Under the pieces are notes generated by a model. That model worked only from the letters and a program-made list of their open reading frames with translations, did no database searches and was not told the DNA's origin. From Solirubrobacterales bacterium (GTDB lineage Bacteria > Actinomycetota > Thermoleophilia > Solirubrobacterales > Solirubrobacteraceae): DNA of 64,000 bases. Shown piece by piece: positions 63,916 to 64,000 of the stretch (position 1 is its first letter; each line of letters begins with the position of its first letter). The stretch spans positions 6,337 through 70,336 of the forward strand of contig JBBSBL010000006.1 in NCBI GenBank assembly GCA_038251325.1, in the 5' to 3' direction. The position numbers and the translations under genes are program-made.

Positions 63916-64000
63916 CCTAGCCCCGCCGCAGACGTCTGGCCCGCGGCCACCACCGGACTCATACGAGCGGGTTGAAGACGAGGCCGGTGGGGATCTTGGG

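Noticed and set aside
63959-64000. Minus-strand reading ..PKIPTGLVFNPLV-stop at the right edge of the window.
   Set aside because: Only 13 codons are visible, which is too short to call a gene or a family.
1-64000. Search for mobile elements, prophage genes, toxin-antitoxin pairs, restriction-modification or other defence modules, tRNA/rRNA genes and CRISPR.
   Set aside because: No integrase, transposase or recombinase motifs, terminal inverted repeats, tRNA-like cloverleaf candidates in intergenic gaps, or nuclease/ATPase defence-type ORFs were seen. The window reads as conserved core chromosome.

Overview
This is a very GC-rich window (by eye well above 70% G+C, with strong third-position GC bias). 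It looks like chromosomal core DNA of an actinobacterium. The order rplM-rpsI-glmM-glmS-acpS-nnr-alr is typical of Actinomycetota; a Thermoleophilia/Rubrobacteria-like organism is my guess only. I can support about 70 protein-coding genes. Most of the long Arg/Pro/Gly-rich ORFs in the six-frame track are shadow ORFs lying over real genes. Content from left to right: (1) housekeeping genes (murI, rph, rdgB, hup, pyrF, guaB3/guaA, rplM-rpsI, glmM, glmS, acpS, nnr, alr, cca); (2) cell-wall genes (a LysM protein, a D-Ala-D-Ala carboxypeptidase and an M23 peptidase); (3) an ABC-2 exporter; (4) a respiratory region at about 34.2-45.6 kb with two separate heme-copper oxidase loci; (5) a lipid/beta-oxidation block (WS/DGAT, 3-hydroxyacyl-CoA dehydrogenase, acyl-CoA dehydrogenase, thiolase, two crotonases) that also contains a LipJ-like cyclase. 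I found no rRNA, tRNA, CRISPR array, transposase, integrase, phage gene or recognisable defence island. I therefore cannot point to a clear novel multi-gene system. The items most worth a second look are: a ydaO-type c-di-AMP riboswitch upstream of the M23 peptidase; the paired A2-type (YSHPAVY) and A1-type (GHPEVY) oxidase loci; a tandem USP-like gene sitting between ctaD and ctaE; a cytochrome c-cupredoxin fusion lipoprotein; unannotated small membrane ORFs in both oxidase loci; an rpsI with a roughly 160-aa acidic Pro/Glu/Ala-rich N-terminal extension; an alpha/beta-hydrolase gene interrupted by two compensating frameshifts; and an orphan Flp-type pilin-like ORF. All family assignments come from reading motifs in the supplied translations. 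No database search was run.
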